NCBI GenBank assembly: GCA_029887795.1
Contig: JARXPE010000004.1
Coordinates: 1 to 62,954 of the forward strand
DNA: 62,954 nt
Reading direction: 5' to 3'
Source: Thermoproteota archaeon
GTDB taxonomy: Archaea > Thermoproteota > Methanomethylicia > Methanomethylicales > Methanomethylicaceae
The stretch's first letter is position 1. The number at the start of each line of letters is the position of its first letter. The notes under the pieces are model-generated. The model was not told the DNA's origin. It was given only the letters and a program-made list of their open reading frames with translations, and made no database searches. The translations under genes were made by a program, and so were the position numbers. This document shows positions 29,994 to 39,815 of the stretch, one piece after another.

Positions 29994-30511
29994 GGTGCAC
30001 CACAGCCTCTAATGTAGGAGAGGATGAAGCTAGCAATAGTTGATGGATCCTTATTAAGAACCGGGACTTTTAATCCTAGTCCTATTTCCCCTTGAGTAGG
30101 AGCGTCAAATATGATGCCAATCACGCCCTCCAGTGCCTCGATCCTTTGGAGCTCCTCGGTGGACTGTGCGATGACCAGTTTTGGGTAGGGCGATGATTTG
30201 AAGCCCTCGCAGAGAATCAAATCCACTCCCAAGTGCGATATTATGGAAATCAGGTTGTTTAGGGAGGACTTTGATAGGTATAGAACGCCTTCCCCTTCAT
30301 TAGTAAGGACGGCTGAGGCGAGTGCGCCAGACGCCATGAAGCGGTCCGTGTCCTTCCCTGAGTCGCCTCTTATATGATGAACCGAGTGTTTAATGACGGA
30401 AACCCTCACACCCTTTGATGCTAGAATCTTTGTGATCCCTTGAATAATGGTTGTTTTTCCATATTTTCTTCCGAACGCAGTGATGCAGATCACAGGAGGG
30501 GCATAACTCAT
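29990..30511 (-). CDS. mobB: molybdopterin-guanine dinucleotide biosynthesis protein B
   Basis: GKTT, VIKH, GKDTDRF, CEGFK. Confidence 0.85.
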   Translation of the reverse strand: MSYAPPVICITAFGRKYGKTTIIQGITKILASKGVRVSVIKHSVHHIRGDSGKDTDRFMASGALASAVLTNEGEGVLYLSKSSLNNLISIISHLGVDLILCEGFKSSPYPKLVIAQSTEELQRIEALEGVIGIIFDAPTQGEIGLGLKVPVLNKDPSTIASFILSYIRGCGAP

Positions 30512-30755
30512 GAAGGACACGATCTCCAAACCTCGCAAACAGTCTTAAATCTTAGCCTGTTACAAGGCGCCTGTGTCTGGTATAGTAAATTTAGCCCATC
30601 TCTCATATTCCTCAACTTTAAAATTTTGCATTTTACTTTTTACTTCATTTTGCATTTACATGTTCCCTATTATTTTGATTTTCTGATAGGTAGTCTGGTA
30701 TTCTGACGTTCTGGCGTTCTGATATTTCGACCATAATTTTTATCGTCCGACCTTA

Positions 30756-31289
30756 TCAGGCGTGGGTAGAACCACGAACCATCTTTACAAGGTGGGGAGA
30801 CTCTGGGAGAATAATTTTATCAATTGCTAACTTTACAGCGTCCGGCGATCCCGGTAGTGCGAATACGACAACTCCATTTATTACCCCAGCTGTGGCGCGG
30901 GAGGCTATGGCGGGGGTCCCCACTTTTTCGTAGGACATCTGCCTGAAAAGTTCCCCAAAGCCAGGGAGCTCCTTTTCGAATAGTGGTCTAATAGCCTCAA
31001 CAGTCACATCCCTTGGACCAGGCCCTGTTCCTCCACTTATCAATATGATGTCTGCCATCCCTTTCAGGGCAGCACCCCTAATCGCCTCTCTTATGAGAGA
31101 TATGTCGTTGGGCAGGTAGAGGCGGTCTACGACGGTGTGTTTGGCTGCCTTTATTGAGTTTATTGCAAAATCGCCACTCTTATCCAAGAACTGTTCTCCT
31201 TTAGAGATCTTATTCGCTATACTGTCGCTGGTCACCACTACCAGAAAGCGTAGGTTGCGGGGGAGGTCTGAATGATGGTTCAATATCAT
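30756..31289 (-). CDS. moaB: MoaB/MogA molybdenum cofactor biosynthesis protein
   Basis: DKSG, SGGTG..PRDVT.EA, GFGELFR, SRA.AG, LPGS. Confidence 0.92.
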   Translation of the reverse strand: MILNHHSDLPRNLRFLVVVTSDSIANKISKGEQFLDKSGDFAINSIKAAKHTVVDRLYLPNDISLIREAIRGAALKGMADIILISGGTGPGPRDVTVEAIRPLFEKELPGFGELFRQMSYEKVGTPAIASRATAGVINGVVVFALPGSPDAVKLAIDKIILPESPHLVKMVRGSTHA

Positions 31290-31727
31290 CTACCCTTTCA
31301 GCTTCTTGGTCACCCTTATCTCCTTTATGAGGGTTGTGGGATACTGCCCGGAGGCGTCCTTCTCATACTTTTTCGTCATGTCCCAGATGGTCAGGAGGGC
31401 GATCGAAACTCCTGTGAGCGCCTCCATCTCCACGCCCGTCTTGGCTGTTGTCTTGACCGAGACCACCGCAGAGATTTCGCGCTCACCAACCTCAAAGTCC
31501 ACTGAGACATGCTCCACGGGTATGGGATGGCAGAGCGGAATAATTTCAGAGGTGCGCTTTACGGCCTGTATGGCCGCAACCCTCGCGACGGCAAAGATGT
31601 CCCCTTTTTCGATTGCGTTCTTTTTTATTAGTGCGATGGTCTCCTCTTTGAGGGAGATGGTGCCGGACGCCCTCGCCTCCCTTATGGTAGGATCTTTGCG
31701 GGTTATGTCAACCATCTTAACACTCAA
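31290..31727 (-). CDS. moaC: cyclic pyranopterin monophosphate synthase
   Basis: MVDITRK, IPLCHPI, TGVEMEAL, IWDM.K. Confidence 0.95.
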   Translation of the reverse strand: MSVKMVDITRKDPTIREARASGTISLKEETIALIKKNAIEKGDIFAVARVAAIQAVKRTSEIIPLCHPIPVEHVSVDFEVGEREISAVVSVKTTAKTGVEMEALTGVSIALLTIWDMTKKYEKDASGQYPTTLIKEIRVTKKLKG

Positions 31728-31740
31728 ATTTTCATCCCTC

Positions 31741-32016
31741 TTAATTTTTCATTCCCTTTTTGAACGAGTCGAAGAGGGTCTGTATCGCCCATGCGCGCGG
31801 ATCTTCCCTCTTAAGGCGGAAGATCCTTATCCTTCCGAACCTTTTCTCCTCGACGATCCCAAGTTCGCATAGCCTCTTGAGGTGGGAAGATGTGGTGGCG
31901 TGGTTCAGGCTAGCCCTGCGCGTAATGTCAGAGATGTTGAGTTCTCCCCTCTCAGCCAAAACCTTTAGCACCTTGATCCTCCCCTTTGAAGATAAGATCT
32001 CCTCCAAGGACATCAA
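31741..32016 (-). CDS. ArsR-like winged-helix protein translationally coupled to cdc6
   Basis: SSKGRIKVLKVL...ELNISDI...HLKRL...KRFGRIRIF. Confidence 0.85.
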   Translation of the reverse strand: MMSLEEILSSKGRIKVLKVLAERGELNISDITRRASLNHATTSSHLKRLCELGIVEEKRFGRIRIFRLKREDPRAWAIQTLFDSFKKGMKN

Positions 32017-33197
32017 ATACCACCCGATAGTACAGATTCTAAAGCCTCTGCAGGCATATTCATGAGCCCTATCAGTGTGGTCTTGCCCTTAAAACCAGAC
32101 CCAGAGATCTTCGTCTGGAGGATGCCTAAGTTCTTCAGATTTTGGAGGTATTCCCAGAATTGAGTGTGCTTCCTTGGCTCGATGGACCTCGTCTCGCAGA
32201 CAACTCTGTACACGGACTCTACTTCACCCATGGTGACGTATGCAGACTTGCTCTTCCTTAGAGCCCTCGCGACTGAGAGTAGGAATAGGCGCTCGTGGAG
32301 GGGGAGGTCCATTATTATGTGTATAGGGAATTGGAGGACGTCTGACTGGGCTCTCCTTACGTGCTCAGGAAGGATCTTGCTGGACCCCTCGGCGTCGGCG
32401 TATTTGCCAGACCTCCAAAGGAGCTCCAGCGCGTACCTTGCGTCCCCCCGCGGACCCGCTATCTCAGCTATCATGGAAAGGACCTCGTCGCTCACCGCGC
32501 CCTCCTTTATGGATTCCTGGCTCCTCATCTTTATAATGTCATACAATTCTTCTGATGTGTACCTATCAAAGCGTATAATGTTGTGGAGGAGGGTACTCTG
32601 GACACTTCTGTCCAGATCTGATATGAAGTCTAAGTTCCGAGTGATGAGAATCAAGCTCAGGCGCTGCGGCCTGCCTATGTACTCGTCGGCCACCCTAGTG
32701 AGAAAGTATAGCGGGGCGTCTTTCTCGTTAGCCACGAGGAAATCTATCTCATCGAGTGCGAGCAATAGGTAGGAATTCTCGCCTTCAAGCGTCTGCCAGA
32801 CGGTTCCAAAGAGCTCCTGTGCTGAGAACCCCCTCTCCGGGAGACCTGGTATGAGTTGCTGTGCCACTTTCCTCACTACGAGAAAGAGCGTCCGATCCTT
32901 GTAGCAGTTCACGTGGATGTACCTGAGGTTAAGCCCCCTCTCCTTCGCGAGCGACTCCACAGTCGAGCCGAACCTCTTGGCGACTGCAGTTTTGCCTACA
33001 CCGACATCGCCGACGAGTGTGACTTTCTGCGAGACTGAGCCGGGGGATTCGAATATGACCCGAAATATTCTGCCCAGAGACTTGAGCTGCGGCTCTCGGT
33101 GGACAAGGTTCGTTGGTACATGATCAGGGAATAGTGCAGACTCCTCCTTGAAGACGGTCGGCCGTCGCATCTCCTGGGCGATTATGTCATAGGCCAA
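32013..33197 (-). CDS. cdc6: Orc1/Cdc6 replication initiator
   Basis: HREPQ, GDVGVGKT, HVNC, LDEID, GDARYAL, C-terminal wH domain. Confidence 0.93.
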   Translation of the reverse strand: MAYDIIAQEMRRPTVFKEESALFPDHVPTNLVHREPQLKSLGRIFRVIFESPGSVSQKVTLVGDVGVGKTAVAKRFGSTVESLAKERGLNLRYIHVNCYKDRTLFLVVRKVAQQLIPGLPERGFSAQELFGTVWQTLEGENSYLLLALDEIDFLVANEKDAPLYFLTRVADEYIGRPQRLSLILITRNLDFISDLDRSVQSTLLHNIIRFDRYTSEELYDIIKMRSQESIKEGAVSDEVLSMIAEIAGPRGDARYALELLWRSGKYADAEGSSKILPEHVRRAQSDVLQFPIHIIMDLPLHERLFLLSVARALRKSKSAYVTMGEVESVYRVVCETRSIEPRKHTQFWEYLQNLKNLGILQTKISGSGFKGKTTLIGLMNMPAEALESVLSGGI

Positions 33198-33374
33198 CGC
33201 TTATACCCACAGACTAATAGGGCATGGGTTGATTTATGGTTTTTGTACTTTAGAAAAAACATAAAGCGGAGACAAGAGTGAAAGTAATAGCTTGGCTGGT
33301 TTGGTAGACTTATTTCAGAAGAGACGGAATTTTTCAAAAAGCCGTGTGTGAAAGAATTACGCAGACTCGGTAAT

Positions 33375-34373
33375 TTACTTTACACCGCGCCAGAGTTCGT
33401 CCGTCGATGGGGGCTCCAGTGGGAAGGTCATCCCTTGGAGGTCCATGTATTGTCTGCCCCCTGAAGCGGGCAACATCTCCCCGATCTGCGCATATGGAAT
33501 ACCAGATCTCTCCAAAGCAAGCTCTACTTGATGCTCCGAGCCGCGGGCGACGGTGAAAAGGAGTGACCCTGAGCTGATGAGCCTATAGGGGTCCAGCCCC
33601 AGCTCATTGCAGATTATTTGGGTCTCTCGGAGTACTGGTACGCGCCTCAGGTCTACGTAGACTCCGATGGAGGCTGCCTCAGCCAGCTCCCATACGCCCC
33701 CCAGAATCCCACCCTCGGTCAAGTCATGCATGGAAGTGACTCCCTCGATGTCCCTTAGGATTCGGCACTCTTTAACCACGCTTATGAGTGAGAGGAAGTT
33801 CTTGCAGGCGGATACAAAAGATTCTCCATAGCGGGATAGTATTTTTTTGTCTGAAGATAGTATGGCGGTCCCCTCAATTCCAGCGTATTTGGTCATGTAG
33901 AGCAGGTCGCCGGGTTTCGCGCCACCAGAAGTGAAGAAGCGGCTGTTTCTTACTATTCCTAGCATTGATCCGACCACAATTGGGCGTTCTATACCAGGTG
34001 TCACCTCGGTGTGACCGCCCACTATTGAAACGCCAATCTCCTTGGCGGCTGAGTCCATCTGTTGTGTGATTTTGTCAAGCGAATCGAGAGTTGAGCCCTC
34101 CGGGAGCAGTATGCACTGAAGGAACCACTTCGGCTCAGCCCCCCTGGTCGCGATATCGTTGGCGTTCACGTGGATCGCCAAAAATCCCAACTCTTCAATA
34201 GAGCCCGTAATGGGGTCTGACTTAAACGCCACAAGGTCTCCGCCTATCTTTATTATTGCGGCGTCCTCTCCGATGTTAGGACCGAGTAGGACAGACGGGT
34301 CGCCAGCTCCAAGGCGTGGGAATACGTAGTCCTTGAGAATCTCGTTAGGGACCTTACCTATATTGAGCCTCAT
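33375..34373 (-). CDS. AIR synthase/HypE-like family protein
   Basis: GEDAA, SDPIT, NANDIA, GGHTE, HDLTEGG, LISSG. Confidence 0.88.
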   Translation of the reverse strand: MRLNIGKVPNEILKDYVFPRLGAGDPSVLLGPNIGEDAAIIKIGGDLVAFKSDPITGSIEELGFLAIHVNANDIATRGAEPKWFLQCILLPEGSTLDSLDKITQQMDSAAKEIGVSIVGGHTEVTPGIERPIVVGSMLGIVRNSRFFTSGGAKPGDLLYMTKYAGIEGTAILSSDKKILSRYGESFVSACKNFLSLISVVKECRILRDIEGVTSMHDLTEGGILGGVWELAEAASIGVYVDLRRVPVLRETQIICNELGLDPYRLISSGSLLFTVARGSEHQVELALERSGIPYAQIGEMLPASGGRQYMDLQGMTFPLEPPSTDELWRGVK

Positions 34374-34894
34374 TGGATCATGCCCCTCAATTTTCTGGCA
34401 TACCTCTCAGGGGGTCCTACGGAGATCGTTGTCCATTCCCCTATTATATCTATCCGAACTAATGTCTCTGGAGACTTTATCTGGACAGTGTGCCCAATGG
34501 ATGCGAGGGCTGATCCTACGGCTGATTCTACGTCTTGGCTTGACTTTATGTGGCGTCCCCTCCTTTGGCACTCTATGCGGACTTTGGTCCGCATTTTTGG
34601 CATCAGTTGTAGCACTGCGCCAATTATTGAAGCGAGGTCTGACTTTATCATCAAATCTACGGGTATTATCTGGTGGACGTAAGCGGTTGGACAGTTTCTA
34701 ACAAGAGCTGCAGCCTCGTCAGAGGATAATCTGGTGTTAATTAGAAGCAGACCCTTGTAATCGTGGGGGATTAATGAGGGGGCAGAGTCGGCGTGGAGTA
34801 TACAGTCAAAGATTTCCAGTTTCGCCGCCTCTTCCTTGCCGCAGGGCGTAGTCACGAGAAGTAAACCCATAAAAATCACCTGTTGGATGCTCAC
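34370..34894 (-). CDS. stand-alone THUMP domain protein
   Basis: RIECQRRG...SQDVESAVG...VQIKSPETLVRIDIIG. Confidence 0.78.
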   Translation of the reverse strand: MSIQQVIFMGLLLVTTPCGKEEAAKLEIFDCILHADSAPSLIPHDYKGLLLINTRLSSDEAAALVRNCPTAYVHQIIPVDLMIKSDLASIIGAVLQLMPKMRTKVRIECQRRGRHIKSSQDVESAVGSALASIGHTVQIKSPETLVRIDIIGEWTTISVGPPERYARKLRGMIQ

Positions 34895-34955
34895 CGGCTA
34901 ACGATGTGTGTTCACTTAACCATCACCTAAACGGTAAAAAATCATTGGTGAGTTC

Positions 34956-35897
34956 TCATATCCAGCCAAGTTTCTTGAAGTATATCACCATAATGATGGC
35001 GGGCAGAAACGATATGATCAAGAGTATTATGAAGGTAGTGTAAGGTCCAAGGAAGGTCCAAGGTCCAGTTTCAATGCCACCTGGCAGGGGGATGTTCATG
35101 CCATAGAAGGTGCCAACAAGGGTGGCTGGTATAGTAATTGTAAATATCACTGTCAAGATTACAAGCGCCCTGTTCATCCTCTGCTGTCCTAAGGTAAAGT
35201 CTGTGTCCTTATATATCTCGACCAGTTCCCGGCACATATCGGAGAGTTCCCATAGCTTCTCTATGTGATCCTTAAGGTCTGAGAAGTAAATCTCGAGGTC
35301 CTCCCCAGTCTGATCGCTGAGACCGTCCTCAAGGTCAGGAACGACCCTTCTCAGCGGAGACAATACCCTTCTGATGTCAGATGTCGTCCTCCTGAGGTTT
35401 GTGATCTCCAACAGGACTTCCTTCCTCACACTGAAGATATCATCCTCGAGATCTTCTAGTCGTTCCAGAAGGTTTTCCATTATTGGGAATATCGAGCTGA
35501 CGATCTCCCGGAGTATCTTGTAGAAGAGGGGCCCAACACCCTCGAGCGCGAATTTTCCTGTCTCCTTATACTGGGTCTCACACTTCATGAATACATTGTT
35601 TATTGCTTCGACGGTGCCATCGTGGATCGTCACCAAGAAGTTTTTCCCCACGAAGAAAGATACTTGGGAGGGGGTGCATCCTCCCTTCTCGCAGAGTCGT
35701 GTGGGAAACCTCAGCACTGTGAACATATAATCCTTATATTTCTCGACCTTAGTGAGGACCCGCTTGGACAGCGTGTCCTCGAGACTTAGGACGTGAAATG
35801 GGAAAGAGTTAGCTAAGGACATTACCTCTTCTTTTGTCGGACGCTCCAAGTTTATCCAAGTGATCTCCTCGGTCCTTAGCTCTTTCATACCAATCAT
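34956..35897 (-). CDS. corA: CorA family Mg2+ transporter
   Basis: WINL, YGMN motif between two C-terminal TM helices, YFKKLGWI. Confidence 0.93.
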   Translation of the reverse strand: MIGMKELRTEEITWINLERPTKEEVMSLANSFPFHVLSLEDTLSKRVLTKVEKYKDYMFTVLRFPTRLCEKGGCTPSQVSFFVGKNFLVTIHDGTVEAINNVFMKCETQYKETGKFALEGVGPLFYKILREIVSSIFPIMENLLERLEDLEDDIFSVRKEVLLEITNLRRTTSDIRRVLSPLRRVVPDLEDGLSDQTGEDLEIYFSDLKDHIEKLWELSDMCRELVEIYKDTDFTLGQQRMNRALVILTVIFTITIPATLVGTFYGMNIPLPGGIETGPWTFLGPYTTFIILLIISFLPAIIMVIYFKKLGWI

Positions 35898-35979
35898 TAG
35901 CTTTTAAAGGACAGGATATTTATAAAGAAAGTGCACAGATCGTGCTCTTTCGCTGGAACAAAAACGACGATTCGAGGGG

Positions 35980-37080
35980 TTGGCGTTAATGGTTTCCGAG
36001 GTTTATTTCCTGGACCTGAGAAAGTGGAGGAATCCATTGAAGGGGATCGATTCGCTTCTGAAGACCACCATTGGAGATATAGATGCTGGCAAGAGCGTGG
36101 CGGTCAAAGTTCACTTCGGAGAGAGGGGGAATTACACTTACATCAGGCCTGCGTTTGTTAGGACGGTTGTGGATTTTTTAAAGGAGAGAGGCACCAGACC
36201 ATTTGCCACAGAGACCACGGCGTTATATCCCACTGGATTCAGGAGCAGTGCGGAAGAGGTCATAGAGACTGCGAGGTTCAATGGTTTCACTGAGGAAGGG
36301 TTGGGGTGTCCCATTGTGGTGGCGGATGGACCCTCTGGCGAGGATGGGGTTGAAGTTTTGCTTGAGAAGGTGTTCCGGGGGTGCCAAATCAGGCAGATTA
36401 GCGTGGCGAGGGGCATAGCGAATGCGGACGCTTTGGTGGTCTTGAGCCACGTCAAGGGGCATCTGCTCTCGGGCTTCGGAGGGGCAATCAAGCACCTCGG
36501 TATGGGTTGCACAACAAAGAGAGGCAAGAGGGAGCAGCATGCGGCACATGGGCTAGTGATCCATTATGAGAAGTGCACAGGTTGCGGCGAATGTGTTAAG
36601 GCCTGCAGGTTTTCAGCCATGAGCATGGAGGGCGGGCGACCAATAAGGGACGAGGATAAGTGTGTTTACTGCAACACGTGTATGTTTAGTTGCGATCAGG
36701 ATGCAATAACGCTTCTTGAGGACGGGAAGGAAAGGTTTCAAATAGCCCTAGCCCATGCGGCAGCGGGCGTTATGAGGGCGATGGTAGGAAAGCCTACGGT
36801 GTTCCTTAATTTTGTGCTGGACGTGACCGTTTTGTGTGATTGTGCGGCACCCGCCGGAAACATAATAACCCACAACGTAGGCATACTGGCGTCGAGGGAT
36901 CCTGTCGCCATAGATAAGGCCTCTCTTGACCTCATAGATATAAGCCCAATAATACCCGGGGTCAAGGCATCTTCTCCTGACCCGCTGGGTAAGCTAAATG
37001 GAACAGACAGTACGATACAGATCAAGGTAATGGAGGAGTTAGGTTTTGGAAGCACGGATTACAGGCTGATCGAGGTCTGA
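35980..37080 (+). CDS. DUF362 Fe-S protein with 2x[4Fe-4S] ferredoxin insert
   Basis: KVHFGERGN, HVKGH..SGFGGAIK, two CxxCxxCxxxC motifs, CDC, DPVAID. Confidence 0.88.
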   Translation: MALMVSEVYFLDLRKWRNPLKGIDSLLKTTIGDIDAGKSVAVKVHFGERGNYTYIRPAFVRTVVDFLKERGTRPFATETTALYPTGFRSSAEEVIETARFNGFTEEGLGCPIVVADGPSGEDGVEVLLEKVFRGCQIRQISVARGIANADALVVLSHVKGHLLSGFGGAIKHLGMGCTTKRGKREQHAAHGLVIHYEKCTGCGECVKACRFSAMSMEGGRPIRDEDKCVYCNTCMFSCDQDAITLLEDGKERFQIALAHAAAGVMRAMVGKPTVFLNFVLDVTVLCDCAAPAGNIITHNVGILASRDPVAIDKASLDLIDISPIIPGVKASSPDPLGKLNGTDSTIQIKVMEELGFGSTDYRLIEV

Positions 37081-37091
37081 GGGAAGGACTG

Positions 37092-37463
37092 ATGCCAGAT
37101 TTTGTGGTGCACGAGCATAAAGCTAGGAAGCTGCACTGGGACCTAAGGCTGGAGCTTGACGGTGTTCTCGCAAGCTGGGCTGTGCCTAAAGAGCCGCCAA
37201 ACAAGGCTGGTGTTAGGAGGCTAGCGATAAGGGTGGAGGATCATCCTATTGAGTATAAGGATTTTGAGGGGGTGATCCCCGAGGGTAACTATGGGGCAGG
37301 AACCGTGAAAATATGGGACCGCGGCGGGTACTCCATAATAGAAAGGGCGCCAACAAAGCTCGAGATCTTAATGGATGGTAAGATCCTAAAAGGAAAGTAC
37401 GTCTTGCTGAAGTTCGATAAGGGAGGAAAGGATGCTTGGCTTTTCTTTAAAGTGAGAGATTAA
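37092..37463 (+). CDS. stand-alone LigD-type 3'-phosphoesterase
   Basis: FVVHEH.A..LHWDLRLE, SWAVPK, RLAIRVEDH, FEGVIP..YGAG.V.IWD.G. Confidence 0.92.
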   Translation: MPDFVVHEHKARKLHWDLRLELDGVLASWAVPKEPPNKAGVRRLAIRVEDHPIEYKDFEGVIPEGNYGAGTVKIWDRGGYSIIERAPTKLEILMDGKILKGKYVLLKFDKGGKDAWLFFKVRD

Positions 37464-37549
37464 TTAGCATGAGTCCACAAAAGTTTTAAGCCAGCCAGAA
37501 TTCTCTGCCCAGATTGGCTGAAAATTAAGGTTGATAAATGTTCTTTGAG

Positions 37550-37663
37550 GGCCCGGGGCGGGGATCGAACCCGCGAGCTGGGGCTCTCCGCGGATGGGCT
37601 CCACAGGCCCCCGGGATAACCACTACCCTTCGGGGGTAGCGATTTCGCTACCTTACCCGGGCC
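37550..37663 (-). tRNA. tRNA-His(GTG) with encoded G-1, no encoded CCA, two BHB introns (9/10: 37629..37653; 37/38: 37586..37600)
   Basis: After removing both introns: G-GCCCGGG-TA-GGGT-AGTGGTTA-TCCC-G-GGGGC-CTGTGGA-GCCCC-AGCTC-GCGGG-TTCGATC-CCCGC-CCCGGGC-C. Confidence 0.9.
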
Positions 37664-37856
37664 ACCTAGGCCCTCAGCCCGAATTGGGCAGGATAAGATG
37701 CTCCAACATTATTATTTAACCCTGTCGGCAGAAATATCTTTGATTTTTAACTAAGAATTTTGGGCTTCTTTATCTTCATTTTTGTTAATAAACTGAGATC
37801 TAAGATATCTAAGCTTGAAACTAAAGGCTTTTTAGTTTACCTTTACATATGTAAAG

Positions 37857-38411
37857 GTGGGGAGGGGCTTGTTTTTAGAGATAAGGCTCCACGGAAGAGG
37901 GGGCCAAGGGGTTGTGACTGCTTCTGAGATGCTGGCGGAAGCCGCCATCCTAGAGGGCTATCATGGGCAGTCCATCCCGTACTTCGGAGCAGAGAGGAGA
38001 GGTGCGCCTGTGGTCGCCTCGGCGAGAATATCCGACAAGCCTATCAGGAGACACGGTCAGGTTTACACGCCCGATACCATATGCGTCTTCGATACCATGT
38101 TCGTCCTGAGGAAGGACGTAAGGGAGGGGCTGAAGGAGGGTGGAACGGCAATCGTGAATCACAAAAAGTTTCCGAAGATCGATAAATTCAGAGTATACGT
38201 CGTGGATGCAACGAAGATCGCAGTTGAGAATGGTCTGATGGTGGCTGGATGGGCTGTCGTGAATACTGCGATGGTGGGGGCGACAGCCAAGGTACTCGGC
38301 ATTATCTCAAAGGAGGTGCTGGAGAGTGTTGTCAGGAGGAGGTGGCGCGGTGAGCTAGGCGATAGAAACTTGCGTGCAACACTTAGGGCTTTCGAGGAGG
38401 TTAGAGGATGA
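37857..38411 (+). CDS. porC: pyruvate/2-oxoacid:ferredoxin oxidoreductase gamma subunit
   Basis: HGRGGQG, FGAERRGAP, VDAT.IA, NTAMVGA. Confidence 0.92.
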   Translation: MGRGLFLEIRLHGRGGQGVVTASEMLAEAAILEGYHGQSIPYFGAERRGAPVVASARISDKPIRRHGQVYTPDTICVFDTMFVLRKDVREGLKEGGTAIVNHKKFPKIDKFRVYVVDATKIAVENGLMVAGWAVVNTAMVGATAKVLGIISKEVLESVVRRRWRGELGDRNLRATLRAFEEVRG

Positions 38412-38674
38412 AGTCGATTCTGTCAAAGCCATCAGAAGGTGCCAGCGGGTTGACGGGGATGTGGAGGATAAAGAGACCGATCATGGATACGGATAAATGC
38501 AACATGTGCATGCTCTGCTGGTTATACTGCCCCGAGGGAACCATAACGAAGAGGGCGGGCGGAAAGCCGAGGATCGTTTACGAGTACTGCAAGGGTTGCG
38601 GCATATGCGCAGAGGTCTGCCCTTCGAAGGCGATAATTATGCTCAGGAGGGAGAAGGGTGCTGTTGACAGGTAA
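38408..38674 (+). CDS. porD: pyruvate/2-oxoacid:ferredoxin oxidoreductase delta subunit
   Basis: TGMWR, CNMCMLCWLYCP, YCKGCGICAEVCP. Confidence 0.92.
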   Translation: MKSILSKPSEGASGLTGMWRIKRPIMDTDKCNMCMLCWLYCPEGTITKRAGGKPRIVYEYCKGCGICAEVCPSKAIIMLRREKGAVDR

Positions 38675-39815
38675 CCACGCAGTAGCCTACGGCGTGAGGG
38701 ACGCCTCCGCAGAGGTAGTTGCAGCATATCCTATAACGCCGCAGACCCAGATCGTAGAGAAATTGGCAGAATTTGTGGAAAAGGGGGAGATGAGGGGCAG
38801 ATACATAAGGGTTGAGTCCGAGCACAGCGCAATGGCGGCGTGTATAGCTGCCGAGGCTTGTGGTGCGAGGAGTTTTACGGCGACCTCTTCCCATGGTCTT
38901 CTCTACATGAGCGAGATGATCTTCTGGGCGGGGCTTGGAAGCTTTCCCGTGACAATGGCTGTGGTGACAAGAACGCTGGCACCACCTTGGAGCATATGGA
39001 ACGAGCACACAGACATCCTCTCCCAAAGGGACGCCGGATGGGTGATTATGATGTGCGAGAGCGCTCAGGAAGCCTATGATACGGCTATACAGGCTTTCAG
39101 GATAGCGGAAGACGAGAGGTTGGTGCAGCCTGTGATGTACGGGCTGGATGCATTCTCTGTGTCGCATACCGCGGAAGAGGTTGATCTCTTAGAGAAGAAA
39201 GATGTCGAAGGTTACCTACCACCATTGGAGCCGTCTAGGCTCAGGGTTTACATGGACCCTGAAAATCCAGGAACATTCGGGAACTTGGTCGGTCCGGACA
39301 GGATGATGGAGATTAGGCACTCCATAAAGGAGGCATTTGATAGGGCGCGGGTTGTGATAAAGGATGCGGTGAGGGATTATGAGAAGATCAGTGGGAGGAG
39401 ACAGGTCGGGCTGATAGAGGAGTACAGGTGCAGCGATGCAGAGGTGGTAATGATTACAACGGGCGCCTCCAGCGGGGACGCGAAGGACGCAGCGGACTAC
39501 CTCAGGGACGAGGGTGTCAGGGCAGGGTTAGTGAGGCTTAGAGTCATCAGACCGCTGCCCCGTGAAGAGATCTCAGACGCGGTAAAGGGCGCGAAGGTTG
39601 TTGCCGTCGTGGACAGGGACTACTCCTTCGGGTACGGGGGTATATTGGCGGGAGAGCTGGAGGGATACATTGGAAAGAAAATGTGTAGGTTTGTTGCAGG
39701 GCTGGGAGGGAGGGACCTGACCCCAGAGGACTTTAAAGGGATAGCCATGAAGGCGCTTGAGATGGGGGAGAAGGGAGATGTAAGTAAAGAAATCTGGTGG
39801 GGGCTTAAGGGATGA
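38658..39815 (+). CDS. porA: pyruvate/2-oxoacid:ferredoxin oxidoreductase alpha subunit
   Basis: AYPITPQT, VESEHSA, TATSSHGL, GLGGRD. Confidence 0.93.
   Translation: MLLTGNHAVAYGVRDASAEVVAAYPITPQTQIVEKLAEFVEKGEMRGRYIRVESEHSAMAACIAAEACGARSFTATSSHGLLYMSEMIFWAGLGSFPVTMAVVTRTLAPPWSIWNEHTDILSQRDAGWVIMMCESAQEAYDTAIQAFRIAEDERLVQPVMYGLDAFSVSHTAEEVDLLEKKDVEGYLPPLEPSRLRVYMDPENPGTFGNLVGPDRMMEIRHSIKEAFDRARVVIKDAVRDYEKISGRRQVGLIEEYRCSDAEVVMITTGASSGDAKDAADYLRDEGVRAGLVRLRVIRPLPREEISDAVKGAKVVAVVDRDYSFGYGGILAGELEGYIGKKMCRFVAGLGGRDLTPEDFKGIAMKALEMGEKGDVSKEIWWGLKG

Noticed and set aside
33198-33374. Replication origin upstream of cdc6
   Set aside because: Only one weak ORB-like stretch (TTTCAGAAGAGAC); no repeated ORBs or G-string visible
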